From the NCBI GenBank assembly GCA_016214745.1, contig JACRNW010000002.1, forward strand, positions 1 to 48,271: DNA of 48,271 bases, written 5' to 3'. This document shows, one piece after another, positions 27,354 through 37,379 of this stretch (positions within the stretch are counted from its first letter, which is position 1; each line of letters starts with the position of its first letter). The notes beneath the pieces are model-generated. The model did no database searches, was not told where the DNA came from, and was given only the letters and a program-made list of their open reading frames with translations. This stretch comes from Candidatus Falkowbacteria bacterium (lineage in GTDB: Bacteria > Patescibacteriota > Patescibacteriia > XYB2-FULL-38-15). A program made the translations under genes and the position numbers.

Positions 27354-27728
27354 ATGCCGCTCATCGTAGTTCATAGTGCACGAAGAGTTGATAATTACAC
27401 GGGCGGCGCAATGGAATTGCGCCGACTGCTCCGCGATGCCTGCTTGAGCATCAAGGAACTGAAGCTCAGTGCAAGCGACATCGTGATCGAAATCTGGGAC
27501 GTATCGGTAAACGCCTTCGTAGAAGGTGAAGAACACGCTCCGGTCGTCATCGTGGTTGAACTGCTCTTCGACAATCCGGAACGGACGATTGAGGTCCGCA
27601 GAAAGCTCGCCGAAGCCCTCGGTAAAGCGGCGAAGGGCTACTACACCATGATCGATGGTTCGTCATGGCCGGTAGAAGTCGCGGTCAAGCGCTTCAGCCC
27701 CGAGAAGGACGCCTTCTGGAACGGCTAG
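27354..27728 (+). CDS. Hypothetical protein, possible tautomerase-like fold
   Basis: GAGGAGG SD; N-terminal Met-Pro; ERTIEVRRKLAEALG; GC-rich codons. Confidence 0.7.
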   Translation: MPLIVVHSARRVDNYTGGAMELRRLLRDACLSIKELKLSASDIVIEIWDVSVNAFVEGEEHAPVVIVVELLFDNPERTIEVRRKLAEALGKAAKGYYTMIDGSSWPVEVAVKRFSPEKDAFWNG

Positions 27729-27760
27729 GCTACCGCCAGAACAGACAAGGAGTGAAGTAC

Positions 27761-27820
27761 GCCCGCATCGGTCAACTCTGATTCGTCGGAGTTCGGCTGG
27801 TGCGGGATTTTTTATTTTTT
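27761..27820 (+). terminator. Long hairpin terminator
   Basis: cccgcatcggtc...ggctggtgcggg followed by a T tract. Confidence 0.65.
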
Positions 27821-27886
27821 TGTCATTCCTATGAAAATGGGAATCCAGAAATAGGAACTGGATCCCCGATCAGGTCGGGGATGACA
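27821..27886. repeat. Inverted doublet of GTC-tagged REP-like palindromes with no nuclease gene between them
   Basis: tgtcattcctatgaaaatgggaatccag ... ctggatccccgatcaggtcggggatgaca. Confidence 0.8.
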
Positions 27887-27904
27887 TAATGGGGTCGGGT
27901 TATT

Positions 27905-28019
27905 TTCATAACGCCCCCGCCCGCCACGCAAGCCAGCCCCGCCTGCAACGCTATGCTTGCATTAGCGGGCAGGTTGCTGGCGTTGCGGGCAGGCCCAGCC
28001 CCTCTTATCTTAAGAGGGG
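27905..28019. repeat. 78-bp direct repeat, copy 2, embedded in a DUF559-family right-end repeat
   Basis: tcataacgccccc[nested palindrome]cccagcccctcttatcttaagagggg. Confidence 0.85.
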
Positions 28020-28071
28020 TGATTGATACGCCTTGTCTTTGCCATTAATTTCTGCTAAACTTATAGAAATT

Positions 28072-29046
28072 ATGATAGATAAACTGAAAGAAAAATTAGG
28101 TGAGGGAGTTTTGGAAAATGAACCGTTGGCAAGTCATTGCACTTTTAAAATCGGCGGGCCGGCCAAATATTTTTTTATTGCTAAAAATTCCGATGAAGTT
28201 GTGAACGCCACTAAAGTGGCTATGAAGTTGGGGATTAAATTTTTTGTTTTGAGTGGCGGGAGCAATGTGCTTTTCGCGGATACGGGGTTCGATGGATTGG
28301 TGGTTAAAGTTAATAGTTCATGGTTCATGGTTCATGGAGCGGATTGTAAAATTGAAACGGATGCCGGTGTGAAACTTGCCGAGGTGGTAAAAGCCGCGGC
28401 GGAAAATGGTTTATCAGGATTGGAATGGGCCGCCGGAATTCCGGGAACAGTCGGCGGGGCGGTGCGCGGAAATGCCGGAGCATACGGGCACGCGATGGGA
28501 GAATCCGTGGAGAGTGTGGAAGCAATAAAAGTTTCAAGTTTCAAGTTTCAAGTTTCAAGTTATAACAAAGAGGAATGCAGATTTGGTTATCGCGACAGCA
28601 TTTTCAAACGCGAAGGTGGGATTATTTTGAAAGTGGTTTTGAAATTGGCGACGGGCGATAAGAAAAAAATAAAAGAAGAAATGAATAAAATTTTAAAAGC
28701 GCGGGATGGGAAAATTCCGACCGACTCCAGTGCCGGATCATTTTTTAAAAACGTGGAAGTGACAGATGAAATTGTAAAAACAATTAAAGAATACACTCAT
28801 GAAGATATTCCGGCAGATTTTATTTCCAGAGGAAAAATTCCCGCGGCCTGGCTTATTGAACAATGTGACTTGAAGGGTAAACAGGTCGGCGGAGCGAAGG
28901 TTTCGGAAAAGCATGCCAATTTTATTGTGAACGCGGGAGGCGCGACAGCCGGCGACGTTGTCGCTCTCGCAAGCTTGGTTAAAACTAAAGTCAGAAATGA
29001 GACAGGCGTTCAACTTAATGAAGAAATAGAATATGTCGGCTTTTAG
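28072..29046 (+). CDS. murB: UDP-N-acetylenolpyruvoylglucosamine reductase
   Basis: TFKIGGPA, GGSNVL, GIPGTVGGAVRGNAGAYG, FGYRDS.FK, SAGSFFKN, KHANFIVN. Confidence 0.96.
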   Translation: MIDKLKEKLGEGVLENEPLASHCTFKIGGPAKYFFIAKNSDEVVNATKVAMKLGIKFFVLSGGSNVLFADTGFDGLVVKVNSSWFMVHGADCKIETDAGVKLAEVVKAAAENGLSGLEWAAGIPGTVGGAVRGNAGAYGHAMGESVESVEAIKVSSFKFQVSSYNKEECRFGYRDSIFKREGGIILKVVLKLATGDKKKIKEEMNKILKARDGKIPTDSSAGSFFKNVEVTDEIVKTIKEYTHEDIPADFISRGKIPAAWLIEQCDLKGKQVGGAKVSEKHANFIVNAGGATAGDVVALASLVKTKVRNETGVQLNEEIEYVGF

Positions 29047-29098
29047 GTGTTGTCCGTTGCAATTTGCGCTATAATGTTTTAAAATAAATAAATTGTTT

Positions 29099-29527
29099 AT
29101 GAAAATTTCCCTAAAATGGACAAACCTGACGCCGATTGAAAGTATTGATGTTTTTGTGGAAGAAAAAATCGGCGGATTGGCGAAATTTATTCCGACTTAC
29201 GACACAACTGGCGTGGCTGAGGTTTGGGTAGAAGTCGGACGGACGACAAAACATCATAAAACCGGAGGAATGGTATATCTTGCTGAAGCAGATCTTCGTT
29301 TGCCGGGGAAAGTTTTGCGGGCTGAAGAGACGCATAAGGATTTGCGGCAAGCGATTGTTTTAGTAAAAAAAGAATTAGAGCGGCAGATTAAAACTTATAA
29401 AGAATCCAAAGACGCGAAAGCGAAAAGGGGAGCGCGGTTGGCAAAGAGAATGACGGTCGTGGCAAAAGGCGTGCGACCAGCGGATGAAGACATAAAAGGC
29501 AAGCGAGAACGGGAAGAAGGAATTTAG
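29099..29527 (+). CDS. hpf: Ribosome hibernation factor HPF/RaiA
   Basis: EEKIGGLAK, VEVG, AEADLRLPGKVLRAEE...DL..AI......LERQI. Confidence 0.85.
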   Translation: MKISLKWTNLTPIESIDVFVEEKIGGLAKFIPTYDTTGVAEVWVEVGRTTKHHKTGGMVYLAEADLRLPGKVLRAEETHKDLRQAIVLVKKELERQIKTYKESKDAKAKRGARLAKRMTVVAKGVRPADEDIKGKREREEGI

Positions 29528-29602
29528 AAATAATTTTTGATTTTCAATTCTCAATAAATTTTTAATTTTACATTTTTAACTTTTAATTTGAGCGAAGCGA
29601 AT

Positions 29603-30145
29603 ATGGTTCCAAGTAAAGTTTTTTTTACGAAAGGCGTCGGAAGGCATAAAGAAATGTTGCAGTCTTTTGAAGCTGCGTTGCGTGACGCCGGTATTGAAAA
29701 GTTTAACATTGTCTGCGTTTCAAGTATTTTTCCGCCGGGATGCAAAATGATTAACAAAGTCCAGGGACTTACGGAACTCAAGGCGGGAGAGGTGGTTTTT
29801 TGCGTAATGGCAAGAAACGCGACCAATGAACCGAACCGGCTTATAGCTTCGTCAATTGGTTTGGCCGTGCCGTCTGATCCAGCCCAATATGGATATCTTT
29901 CTGAACATCATCCGTTCGGCGAGACAGATCAAAAAGCCGGAGAATATGCTGAAGATTTGGCGGCTTCCATGCTTGCCTCAACGCTCGGCGTGGAATTTGA
30001 TTCCAATCAGGCATGGGATGAGCGTGAACAAATTTATAAAGTCAGCGGGAAGATAGTTAAAACAACGAACATTACTCAATCAGCTGTGGCGGATAAAAAT
30101 GGTTTATGGACGACGGTTATTTCCGCGGCGGTTTTTGTGCCTTAA
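29603..30145 (+). CDS. pdaD: Pyruvoyl-dependent arginine decarboxylase
   Basis: [31 protein letters not shown] self-cleavage site, GYLSEHH. Confidence 0.93.
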   Translation: MVPSKVFFTKGVGRHKEMLQSFEAALRDAGIEKFNIVCVSSIFPPGCKMINKVQGLTELKAGEVVFCVMARNATNEPNRLIASSIGLAVPSDPAQYGYLSEHHPFGETDQKAGEYAEDLAASMLASTLGVEFDSNQAWDEREQIYKVSGKIVKTTNITQSAVADKNGLWTTVISAAVFVP

Positions 30146-30153
30146 TATTTTTT

Positions 30154-32865
30154 ATGTCATTACTTCAAAAGATTTTTGGCGATCCGAATAAAAAAACAAT
30201 AGAAAAAATAATGCCGATTGTCCGGCAAATAAACGACCTCGAATCTAAGTTCGAGTCGTTTTCTTTTGAAGAATTAAGGGATGAAACAAAAAAATTCAAA
30301 GAACGGCTGGAGAAAGGCGAGAAGTTGGACGATATTTTGCCCGAAGCTTTTGCCGTGGTCCGCGAGACGGCGAAGCGTGTTTTGGGCCAGCGGCATTTTG
30401 ATGCGCAGTTAATCGGCGGCGTGGTTTTACACCGCGGCCAGATCGCGGAAATGAAAACCGGCGAAGGAAAAACTTTGACCGCGACTTTGGCAGTATATTT
30501 AAATGCGCTTACCGGCGGCGGCGTGCATGTCGTCACCGTCAATGATTATTTGGCAAAAAGAGATGCTGTTTGGATGGGGCAAGTGTATAACGCACTAGGT
30601 TTATCCGTTGGTTGTGTTCAGCACGAATCGGCATTTTTGTATGATCCGGGGTATAAAGGTGAGACTCCGTCAGAGGAGGGCAGCCAGGAAGCCAGTTTTA
30701 AAGTTGTCCAAGAATTTTTGCGGCCGGTTCCAAGAAAAGAATCTTACGCCGCGGACATTCTTTACGGCACGAACAATGAATTTGGTTTTGATTATTTGCG
30801 CGACAACATGGTCACGAGTTTTGACAATATGGTCCAGCGCGAATTGAATTATGCCATCATTGATGAAGTTGACAGCATCTTGATTGATGAAGCGCGCACT
30901 CCTTTGATTATTTCCGCGCCGGCGGAAGAATCGGGTGAACTTTACGCCAAATTTGCCGACCTCGTGCGGCGGCTAAAAGAAAATGAAGATTATAATATTG
31001 ATGAAAAAATGCGCGCCGCGACTTTGACCGAAGCGGGCATTGCCAAAATGGAAAAATGGCTAGGCGTGGAAAATATTTATACCTCCGGCGGTATTACCAT
31101 GGTTCATCATATTGAGCAGGCATTGCGCGCCGAAACTTTATTCAAACGCGACCGAGATTATGTTGTCCGCGAAGGCGAAGTGATAATTGTTGATGAATTT
31201 ACCGGACGGCTGATGATCGGCCGGCGTTACAGCGAAGGTTTACATCAGGCAATTGAAGCCAAGGAAGGCGTGCGGGTTCGAGAGGAATCAAAAACTTTGG
31301 CGACGGTTACTTTTCAAAATTTATTTCGGCTTTACGGGAAACTCGCCGGTATGACAGGCACGGCCTTGACTGAAGCGGAAGAATTTTCCAAAATTTATAA
31401 TTTGGAAGTCGTTTCCATTCCGACAAATAAACAAATGATTCGCGTCGATTTGGCCGACAGAATTTATCGGACAGAGCAGGGAAAATTTACGGCCGTGGTT
31501 CGCGAAATCAAGGAACGGTATGAAAAAGGCCAGCCGGTTTTGGTTGGTACTATTTCCATTGAAAAAAATGAAATTTTGAGCGCGATGCTTCTGCGCGAAG
31601 GCGTGCCGCATAAAGTTTTAAACGCCAAACATCACGAAAAAGAAGCGGAAATTATTGCTCAGGCCGGACATCTCGGCGCCGTGACGGTCGCGACCAATAT
31701 GGCCGGCCGCGGCGTTGATATTATTTTGGGCGGAAACCCGGCCGATCCAAAAGAAGCGAAAAAAATTCGCGAACTCGGAGGCTTGCATATTCTCGGCACC
31801 GAGCGGCATGAATCTCGACGGATTGATAATCAGTTGCGCGGCCGCGCCGGACGTCAGGGCGATCCCGGCTCATCACAATTTTATCTTTCGCTTGAAGATG
31901 ATTTGATGAGAATTTTTGCCGGCGATCGACTGAAAGGTTTAATGACGCGGCTCAATATGCCGGAAGATATGCCGATTGAAAATCGGATGGTTTCCCGTTC
32001 GCTTGAATCGGCGCAGCGCCGCGTGGAAGGCCACAATTTTGATATTAGAAAACATTTGCTTGATTATGATGATGTTTTAAATAAACATCGCGAAGTGATT
32101 TATAAAAAACGCCGCGATATTTTGGCGGCCGAAGACAGCAAGGCAAAAGTTTTGGAAATGGTTGAAGATGAAATTGAGCAAGTTGTTTTATTTCACACTG
32201 CTTCAGAACAAGAAGGGGAATGGAATTTGGAAGAAATTTACGAAGTGGTTAGCACGATTTTTCCAGTGCCGCCGGAAGCGCGCATTAAAATGGACGATCT
32301 CCGCCGATGGGCCGGAGACAAAATGCATGACGCGGCCGTCCGGACTCGCATCATTGAATATTTGATGGAACTCGCGCGGAAAGCTTACGAAGATTTGGAA
32401 AAGCGCATTGCCGAACAGGCGGCGAAAATAAATCAGGACGGCGTCGCGGTAATGCGGCAGATTGAAAAAGCCATGACACTTCGGGCGATTGATTCACTTT
32501 GGGTTGATCATTTAAGCGCGGTTGATTATTTGCGCACCGGCATTGGTCTTCGCGGCTACGGCCAGCATGATCCGCTTGTTGAATATAAAAAAGAAACATA
32601 CAGAATGTTTCAGGAATTAATACATTTTATAAATAGAGAGGTCGTCTACAATATTTATAAAATCGGCCTGGAAACCAAAACCGCGCCATCGCTCCTGCAG
32701 CGCCAGGGCGTAAAATTATCCGCGCCGGCAAAAGAAGGAGATAATAGAAATCAGGCCGCTGATATTAAGTCGAAGCCTCGGACAGCCGAAGGAGAAAAAA
32801 TCGGGAGAAACGATCCGTGCCCGTGCGGTTCCGGGCAGAAATACAAAAAGTGTTGCGGAAAATAA
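30154..32865 (+). CDS. secA: Preprotein translocase ATPase SecA
   Basis: [52 protein letters not shown] motif [13 protein letters not shown]. Confidence 0.99.
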   Translation: MSLLQKIFGDPNKKTIEKIMPIVRQINDLESKFESFSFEELRDETKKFKERLEKGEKLDDILPEAFAVVRETAKRVLGQRHFDAQLIGGVVLHRGQIAEMKTGEGKTLTATLAVYLNALTGGGVHVVTVNDYLAKRDAVWMGQVYNALGLSVGCVQHESAFLYDPGYKGETPSEEGSQEASFKVVQEFLRPVPRKESYAADILYGTNNEFGFDYLRDNMVTSFDNMVQRELNYAIIDEVDSILIDEARTPLIISAPAEESGELYAKFADLVRRLKENEDYNIDEKMRAATLTEAGIAKMEKWLGVENIYTSGGITMVHHIEQALRAETLFKRDRDYVVREGEVIIVDEFTGRLMIGRRYSEGLHQAIEAKEGVRVREESKTLATVTFQNLFRLYGKLAGMTGTALTEAEEFSKIYNLEVVSIPTNKQMIRVDLADRIYRTEQGKFTAVVREIKERYEKGQPVLVGTISIEKNEILSAMLLREGVPHKVLNAKHHEKEAEIIAQAGHLGAVTVATNMAGRGVDIILGGNPADPKEAKKIRELGGLHILGTERHESRRIDNQLRGRAGRQGDPGSSQFYLSLEDDLMRIFAGDRLKGLMTRLNMPEDMPIENRMVSRSLESAQRRVEGHNFDIRKHLLDYDDVLNKHREVIYKKRRDILAAEDSKAKVLEMVEDEIEQVVLFHTASEQEGEWNLEEIYEVVSTIFPVPPEARIKMDDLRRWAGDKMHDAAVRTRIIEYLMELARKAYEDLEKRIAEQAAKINQDGVAVMRQIEKAMTLRAIDSLWVDHLSAVDYLRTGIGLRGYGQHDPLVEYKKETYRMFQELIHFINREVVYNIYKIGLETKTAPSLLQRQGVKLSAPAKEGDNRNQAADIKSKPRTAEGEKIGRNDPCPCGSGQKYKKCCGK

Positions 32866-32910
32866 AAATCCCTCTCCCCTTGAGGGAGGGGGAAAATTGG
32901 TTGATAAATT

Positions 32911-33393
32911 ATGAAAAAAGTTCAAACACTTTGCATAGTACGTGAACCGCAGAGAATTTTGCTCGGTATGAAAAAATATGGTTTTGGAGTTGGGAGATGG
33001 AATGGTTTTGGTGGGAAGGTGGAAGACGGGGAAAGTGTTTCGGCGGCGGCGGCGCGGGAGCTTTGGGAAGAGGCGGGCATTCGGCCACTGGATTTTGCAG
33101 AACTCGGGATAATAGATTTTGAATTTGAAAGTGATCCGAAAATTATTGAAGCACATATTTTTTGCGTTACTAAATTTGAGGGGGAAATTTCTGAAAGCAA
33201 CGAAATGAAACCGCAGTGGTTTGGTGTTTCCGAAATACCGTTTGGCAAGATGTGGTCTGACGATGAATATTGGATGTCACTTTTTTTAGAGGGGAAAAAA
33301 TTTAGGGGAAAATTTATTTTTGACAGGCCATCTGACGCGGAGTATAGATCAAAAATTATTGAGAAAAATATTCACGAGGTGGAGGAGTTATAA
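32911..33393 (+). CDS. NUDIX hydrolase, MTH1/MutT-like 8-oxo-dGTPase
   Basis: LLGMKKYGFGVGRWNGFGGKVE.GE....AARELWEEAG; MWSDD. Confidence 0.9.
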   Translation: MKKVQTLCIVREPQRILLGMKKYGFGVGRWNGFGGKVEDGESVSAAAARELWEEAGIRPLDFAELGIIDFEFESDPKIIEAHIFCVTKFEGEISESNEMKPQWFGVSEIPFGKMWSDDEYWMSLFLEGKKFRGKFIFDRPSDAEYRSKIIEKNIHEVEEL

Positions 33394-33410
33394 AAAGTTA
33401 AGTATAATTT

Positions 33411-33698
33411 ATGTCAGAAAGATTTAAAAGCCCAGAAATAAATAGCCCAGAAAGAATTTTGTCTCCTGAAGAAATTGAACAGTTGGGAGGAGAAATGGGA
33501 GAATATGCAAATGGACTACGGGCAAGGGTTGAGGAAATAAAAATTGAATTAAATGATCCGGCGATTGATGCAAGCCGCGCAGAAACGCTTCGGGCCGAAA
33601 TGGATGAACTAAAGGAACAAATGGAAGGTCTCGGCGAGTTTGTGTCAGATATTGAACAAGGGCGTTATGAAGAGATTGTAGTAAAACTAGGGCGATAG
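33411..33698 (+). CDS. Hypothetical acidic coiled-coil protein
   Basis: 95-aa E-rich ORF co-oriented with neighbours. Confidence 0.65.
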   Translation: MSERFKSPEINSPERILSPEEIEQLGGEMGEYANGLRARVEEIKIELNDPAIDASRAETLRAEMDELKEQMEGLGEFVSDIEQGRYEEIVVKLGR

Positions 33699-33770
33699 GA
33701 CCACTTTACACTTTAATCCATTTGCGCTAAACTCATAAAATATCCACAAGGAGGATAATTTTTTTAATCT

Positions 33771-35834
33771 ATGAACAAAATCAAAAGATTCCTCGCAAAC
33801 GCGGGAAAAAAGTTATTTACAACCGCCAGAGCTAAAGTTTGGTGGCTTATTATTTTAATTCTAGCCATTACGGTTTTGGCCGGATTTTTGGATTATCCAA
33901 AATATTATGACCAAGGAGTAAATTGGCTGAAAAAAACTACAGGCATTGCTTTGCCGGAATTTTATAAATTACCCTTCCGCCTCGGGTTAGATTTACAAGG
34001 CGGAACACATTTGATTTACGAAGCGGATACTTCGGCAATTCCGGAGAAAGATCGTAATGACGCGCTTGAAGGCGTGCGCGACGTAATTGAACGCCGAGTG
34101 AACGCGTTTGGCGTGGCCGAGCCGGTGGTGCAGACAACTAAGGCGGGCGATAGTTATAGAGTAATTGTGGAATTGGCCGGCGTTAAAGATGTGTCTCAGG
34201 CCATCAAAATGATTGGCGAGACGCCGCTTTTGGAATTTAAAGAACAAGCCGCCGCTCCGATTACGGAATTAACCGCCGAACAGAAAAAGGAAATGAATGA
34301 TTACAATGCCGCGGCAAAAAAGACGGCAAATGAAGTTTTGAAAAAAGCTCGAGCAAGGGGTGCGGATTTCGTCGCTTTAGCCAAAGAATATTCCGCCGAT
34401 GAAGCGACAAAGAATGTGGGCGGCGATTTGGGTTTTATTACAAAAAATGGCGCGTACGCGGATTTATATGATGACGCGGCAAAACTTAAGGTTGGCGGAG
34501 TAAGCGGCTTGATTGAAACCGACGCCGATATCAATATTATAAAATTAGTCGCCACAGAGGATTCAAAAGAAGTGAAGGCCAATCATTTATTGGTTTGTTG
34601 GCAGGGAGCGCAAAGTTGCACGGGCACTTTGACCAAAGAAGAAGCTAGGAAAAAAATTGATGAGTTGAAAGCCCAGGCGACAAAAGAAAATTTTGTTGAT
34701 TTAGTTAAAGAAAATTCCACCGAGCCGGGCGCGAGCGAATCAGGTGGCGATTTGGGATGGTTTGGTAAAGGAATGATGGTTAAACCTTTTGAGGACGCGA
34801 CTTTCGCCATGAAAGTCGGAGAAATTTCAGATGTGATTGAAACGCAATTTGGATATCATTTAATTTATAAAACAGATGAACGGGCGGTTAAAGAATACCG
34901 CGTTTCAAGAATTTTAATTGATAAAAAAACAAAAGAAGAAATTTTGCCGCCGGCTGAAGAATGGGCTTATACCGGACTCACTGGCAAACAGCTTACAAAA
35001 GCTCAGGTTCAGTTTGATCCGAATACTAATTCACCGGAAGTCGGTTTGGAATTTAATGATGAAGGAAAAAAATTATTTGGTGAAATTACCGAACGAAACG
35101 TCGGCAAGCCGGTCGCGATTTTTTTGGATGGCGAGGCGATTTCCGTCCCAAGGGTAAACGAGGCGATCAAGGAAGGCAAAGCGGTCATCAGCGGAAATTT
35201 CACAATTCCGGAAGCAAAACTTTTGGCGCAACGGCTGAACGCCGGCGCTCTTCCTGTGCCGATTAATTTAGTCAGTCAGGAAACAATTGGCGCGGCGCTT
35301 GGCCAAGAATCGGTGACTAAAAGTTTAATGGCCGGTTTAATCGGATTTTTAGCCGTAGTTGTCTTTATGATTTTGTATTATCGCTTGCCCGGTTTGCTTT
35401 CTGCTCTGGCTTTGGTTTTTTACGCCGTCTTAGTTCTCGCGCTTTTCAAATTAATTCCCGTGACACTGACCTTGGCTGGTATCGCCGGTTTTGTTTTGTC
35501 GGTCGGTATGGCGGTGGATGCAAATGTTTTGATTTTTGAAAGGTTAAAAGAAGAATTGCGCTGGGGAAAACCACTGGGTTCAGCGATTGACGAAGCGTTC
35601 AGACGAGCGTGGCCTTCAATCCGCGACGGAAATCTTACCACTTTAATTTCTTGTCTGGTTTTGTTCTGGTTTTCCACAAGTATGATTAAAGGTTTTGCTC
35701 TGACACTTTCCGTCGGTGTTATTTTGAGCATGCTTTCAGCTCTTTTTATCACGAAGTCATTTTTACGTCTCATTTCGCCGTGGTTTCAGAATAAGAGCAC
35801 CTGGCTTTTCGGCGTGAAAAGTAAAAATAAATAA
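33771..35834 (+). CDS. secD: Protein translocase SecD with two inserted parvulin (PpiC) PPIase domains
   Basis: LGLDLQGG, RRVNAFGVAEP, LNAGALP, GMAVDANVLIFER; inserts F..LAKEYS.D...GGDLGF and GGDLGWF...MVKPFEDA.F....GEIS..IETQFGYHLI. Confidence 0.95.
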   Translation: MNKIKRFLANAGKKLFTTARAKVWWLIILILAITVLAGFLDYPKYYDQGVNWLKKTTGIALPEFYKLPFRLGLDLQGGTHLIYEADTSAIPEKDRNDALEGVRDVIERRVNAFGVAEPVVQTTKAGDSYRVIVELAGVKDVSQAIKMIGETPLLEFKEQAAAPITELTAEQKKEMNDYNAAAKKTANEVLKKARARGADFVALAKEYSADEATKNVGGDLGFITKNGAYADLYDDAAKLKVGGVSGLIETDADINIIKLVATEDSKEVKANHLLVCWQGAQSCTGTLTKEEARKKIDELKAQATKENFVDLVKENSTEPGASESGGDLGWFGKGMMVKPFEDATFAMKVGEISDVIETQFGYHLIYKTDERAVKEYRVSRILIDKKTKEEILPPAEEWAYTGLTGKQLTKAQVQFDPNTNSPEVGLEFNDEGKKLFGEITERNVGKPVAIFLDGEAISVPRVNEAIKEGKAVISGNFTIPEAKLLAQRLNAGALPVPINLVSQETIGAALGQESVTKSLMAGLIGFLAVVVFMILYYRLPGLLSALALVFYAVLVLALFKLIPVTLTLAGIAGFVLSVGMAVDANVLIFERLKEELRWGKPLGSAIDEAFRRAWPSIRDGNLTTLISCLVLFWFSTSMIKGFALTLSVGVILSMLSALFITKSFLRLISPWFQNKSTWLFGVKSKNK

Positions 35835-35840
35835 TAAACG

Positions 35841-35921
35841 ATTAGTTACTTAATTACTACTAGTTACTTAGTTACAACGTGTTGGTTTGAGGTAATTGGG
35901 TAACTAGGTAACTAAGTAATT
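35841..35921. repeat. Octamer array (TAGTTACT-like) with inverted counterpart
   Basis: attagttacttaattactactagttacttagttac ... gtaattgggtaactaggtaactaagtaat. Confidence 0.65.
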
Positions 35922-35947
35922 TGAGAATAATGATAAATTAAATAAAT

Positions 35948-36850
35948 ATGGTTAACATTATTGGACACAGAAAACTTTGGTTAATAATCGCCGGCTCTTT
36001 GGTTGTCGCGTCTATTGTGGCAGTTTCCTTGTGGGGATTAAAGTTTGGCATTGATTTTACCGGAGGATCGCTCCTGGAATTGTCTTTTGAAAATCGGCCG
36101 GCTACTTCCGACTTGGCTTCTGACCTCGCAAATTTCGGCGCGGAGAATGTGAGTATCCAGCCAGTGGGCGATCAGGGCATGCTCTTGCGTTTTAAATCGG
36201 TTGACGAAGCAAAACATCAGGAAATTTTAAAACATCTTGAAGAAAAGTTCGGTAAAGTGCAGGAGCAACGTTTTGAATCGGTCGGTCCGACGATTGGCAA
36301 GGAATTGCGGACTAAAGCGATTTATTCCGTGGCGATTGTTTTAATCTGTATTATTATCTACATCGCCTGGGCTTTCAGAAAAGTATCCAAACCGGTCGCT
36401 TCATGGAAATACGGCGTAATCGCCGTGCTGGCTCTTCTTCATGATGTCGGCATTCCGATTGGTCTTTTTGCCGTCCTTGGCCATTTTGCCGGAGTGGAAG
36501 CGAACAGCGCTTTTGTGGCGGCAATTTTGACCATTCTCGGTTATTCGGTAAATGACACAATAGTCGTTTTTGATCGTACCAGAGAAAATCTTATTCATGC
36601 CGGCGGTGATTATGAAAATTTTGACAAGATTGTGAATGAAAGCGTTAATCAAACATTTGCTCGTTCAATCAATACGACCTTCACTACTTTGCTCGCGCTC
36701 GTCGCCGTGTTTTTCTGGGGAGGGGAGTCGGTGAAATATTTTGCCCTGGCTTTGATTGTCGGCATCGGCCTCGGAGCGTATTCGTCAATTTTTATCGCGA
36801 GTCCTGCGCTGGTTGTTTGGGAAGAATTGGCTGTTAGAAAACGAAGATAA
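35948..36850 (+). CDS. secF: Protein translocase SecF
   Basis: GIDFTGG, VGPTIGKEL, LLHD, GYSVNDTIVVFDR, YSSIFIA. Confidence 0.97.
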   Translation: MVNIIGHRKLWLIIAGSLVVASIVAVSLWGLKFGIDFTGGSLLELSFENRPATSDLASDLANFGAENVSIQPVGDQGMLLRFKSVDEAKHQEILKHLEEKFGKVQEQRFESVGPTIGKELRTKAIYSVAIVLICIIIYIAWAFRKVSKPVASWKYGVIAVLALLHDVGIPIGLFAVLGHFAGVEANSAFVAAILTILGYSVNDTIVVFDRTRENLIHAGGDYENFDKIVNESVNQTFARSINTTFTTLLALVAVFFWGGESVKYFALALIVGIGLGAYSSIFIASPALVVWEELAVRKRR

Positions 36851-36874
36851 TTTAATATAAGATGAGTTTACTCC

Positions 36875-36912
36875 AAGCGGCCTGCCACATCGGCGGGTCG
36901 CTTTTATTTTTT
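36875..36912 (+). terminator. Intrinsic terminator after secF
   Basis: aagcggcctgcc-acatc-ggcgggtcgctt followed by a T tract. Confidence 0.75.
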
Positions 36913-36940
36913 GGGTAAGGGGTGTGGATAATTTTTCATC

Positions 36941-36982
36941 TTGCAAAATAATACGGCGTGGTATATACTATCTATTGTAGTA
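36941..36982 (+). promoter_or_regulatory. Promoter with overlapping BlaI-type operator
   Basis: TTGCAA-17 bp-TATACT; operator TACTAT-N5-GTAGTA at 36966-36982. Confidence 0.7.
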
Positions 36983-36988
36983 AACATT

Positions 36989-37378
36989 ATGGCAAAAAAT
37001 AACAACATAAAAATTTTAGGCGATCTGGAGGCGGAAATAATGGAGACGGTCTGGAAAATTGGCCAGGCTTCGGTTCGCGATGTCTTAACAGAGCTCGAAA
37101 AAAAAAGAAAAATCGCCTACACGACTGTGATGACGGTCATGTCCAGATTGCATGATAAGGGGGTTTTAAAAAGAAAAATGGACAAGAGCGGGGCGTTTTT
37201 ATATTTGCCGGTTAAGGATAAAAAATCTTTTCTCGCGCAGGCTTCCGAAAAAATTCTCAAAAATTTTTTTAGGGAATACGGAGATGTCGCCGTGGCGCAA
37301 TTTGTGGATATTATTGAAACGTCGGACACCAAGCAGTCAGATGAATGGAAAAATAAATTAAGAGATCTCGTAAAATAA
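36989..37378 (+). CDS. BlaI/MecI/CopY-family repressor
   Basis: LGDLEAEIMETVW...SVRDV...AYTTVMTVMSRL.DKG.L.R. Confidence 0.93.
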   Translation: MAKNNNIKILGDLEAEIMETVWKIGQASVRDVLTELEKKRKIAYTTVMTVMSRLHDKGVLKRKMDKSGAFLYLPVKDKKSFLAQASEKILKNFFREYGDVAVAQFVDIIETSDTKQSDEWKNKLRDLVK

Positions 37379-37379
37379 C

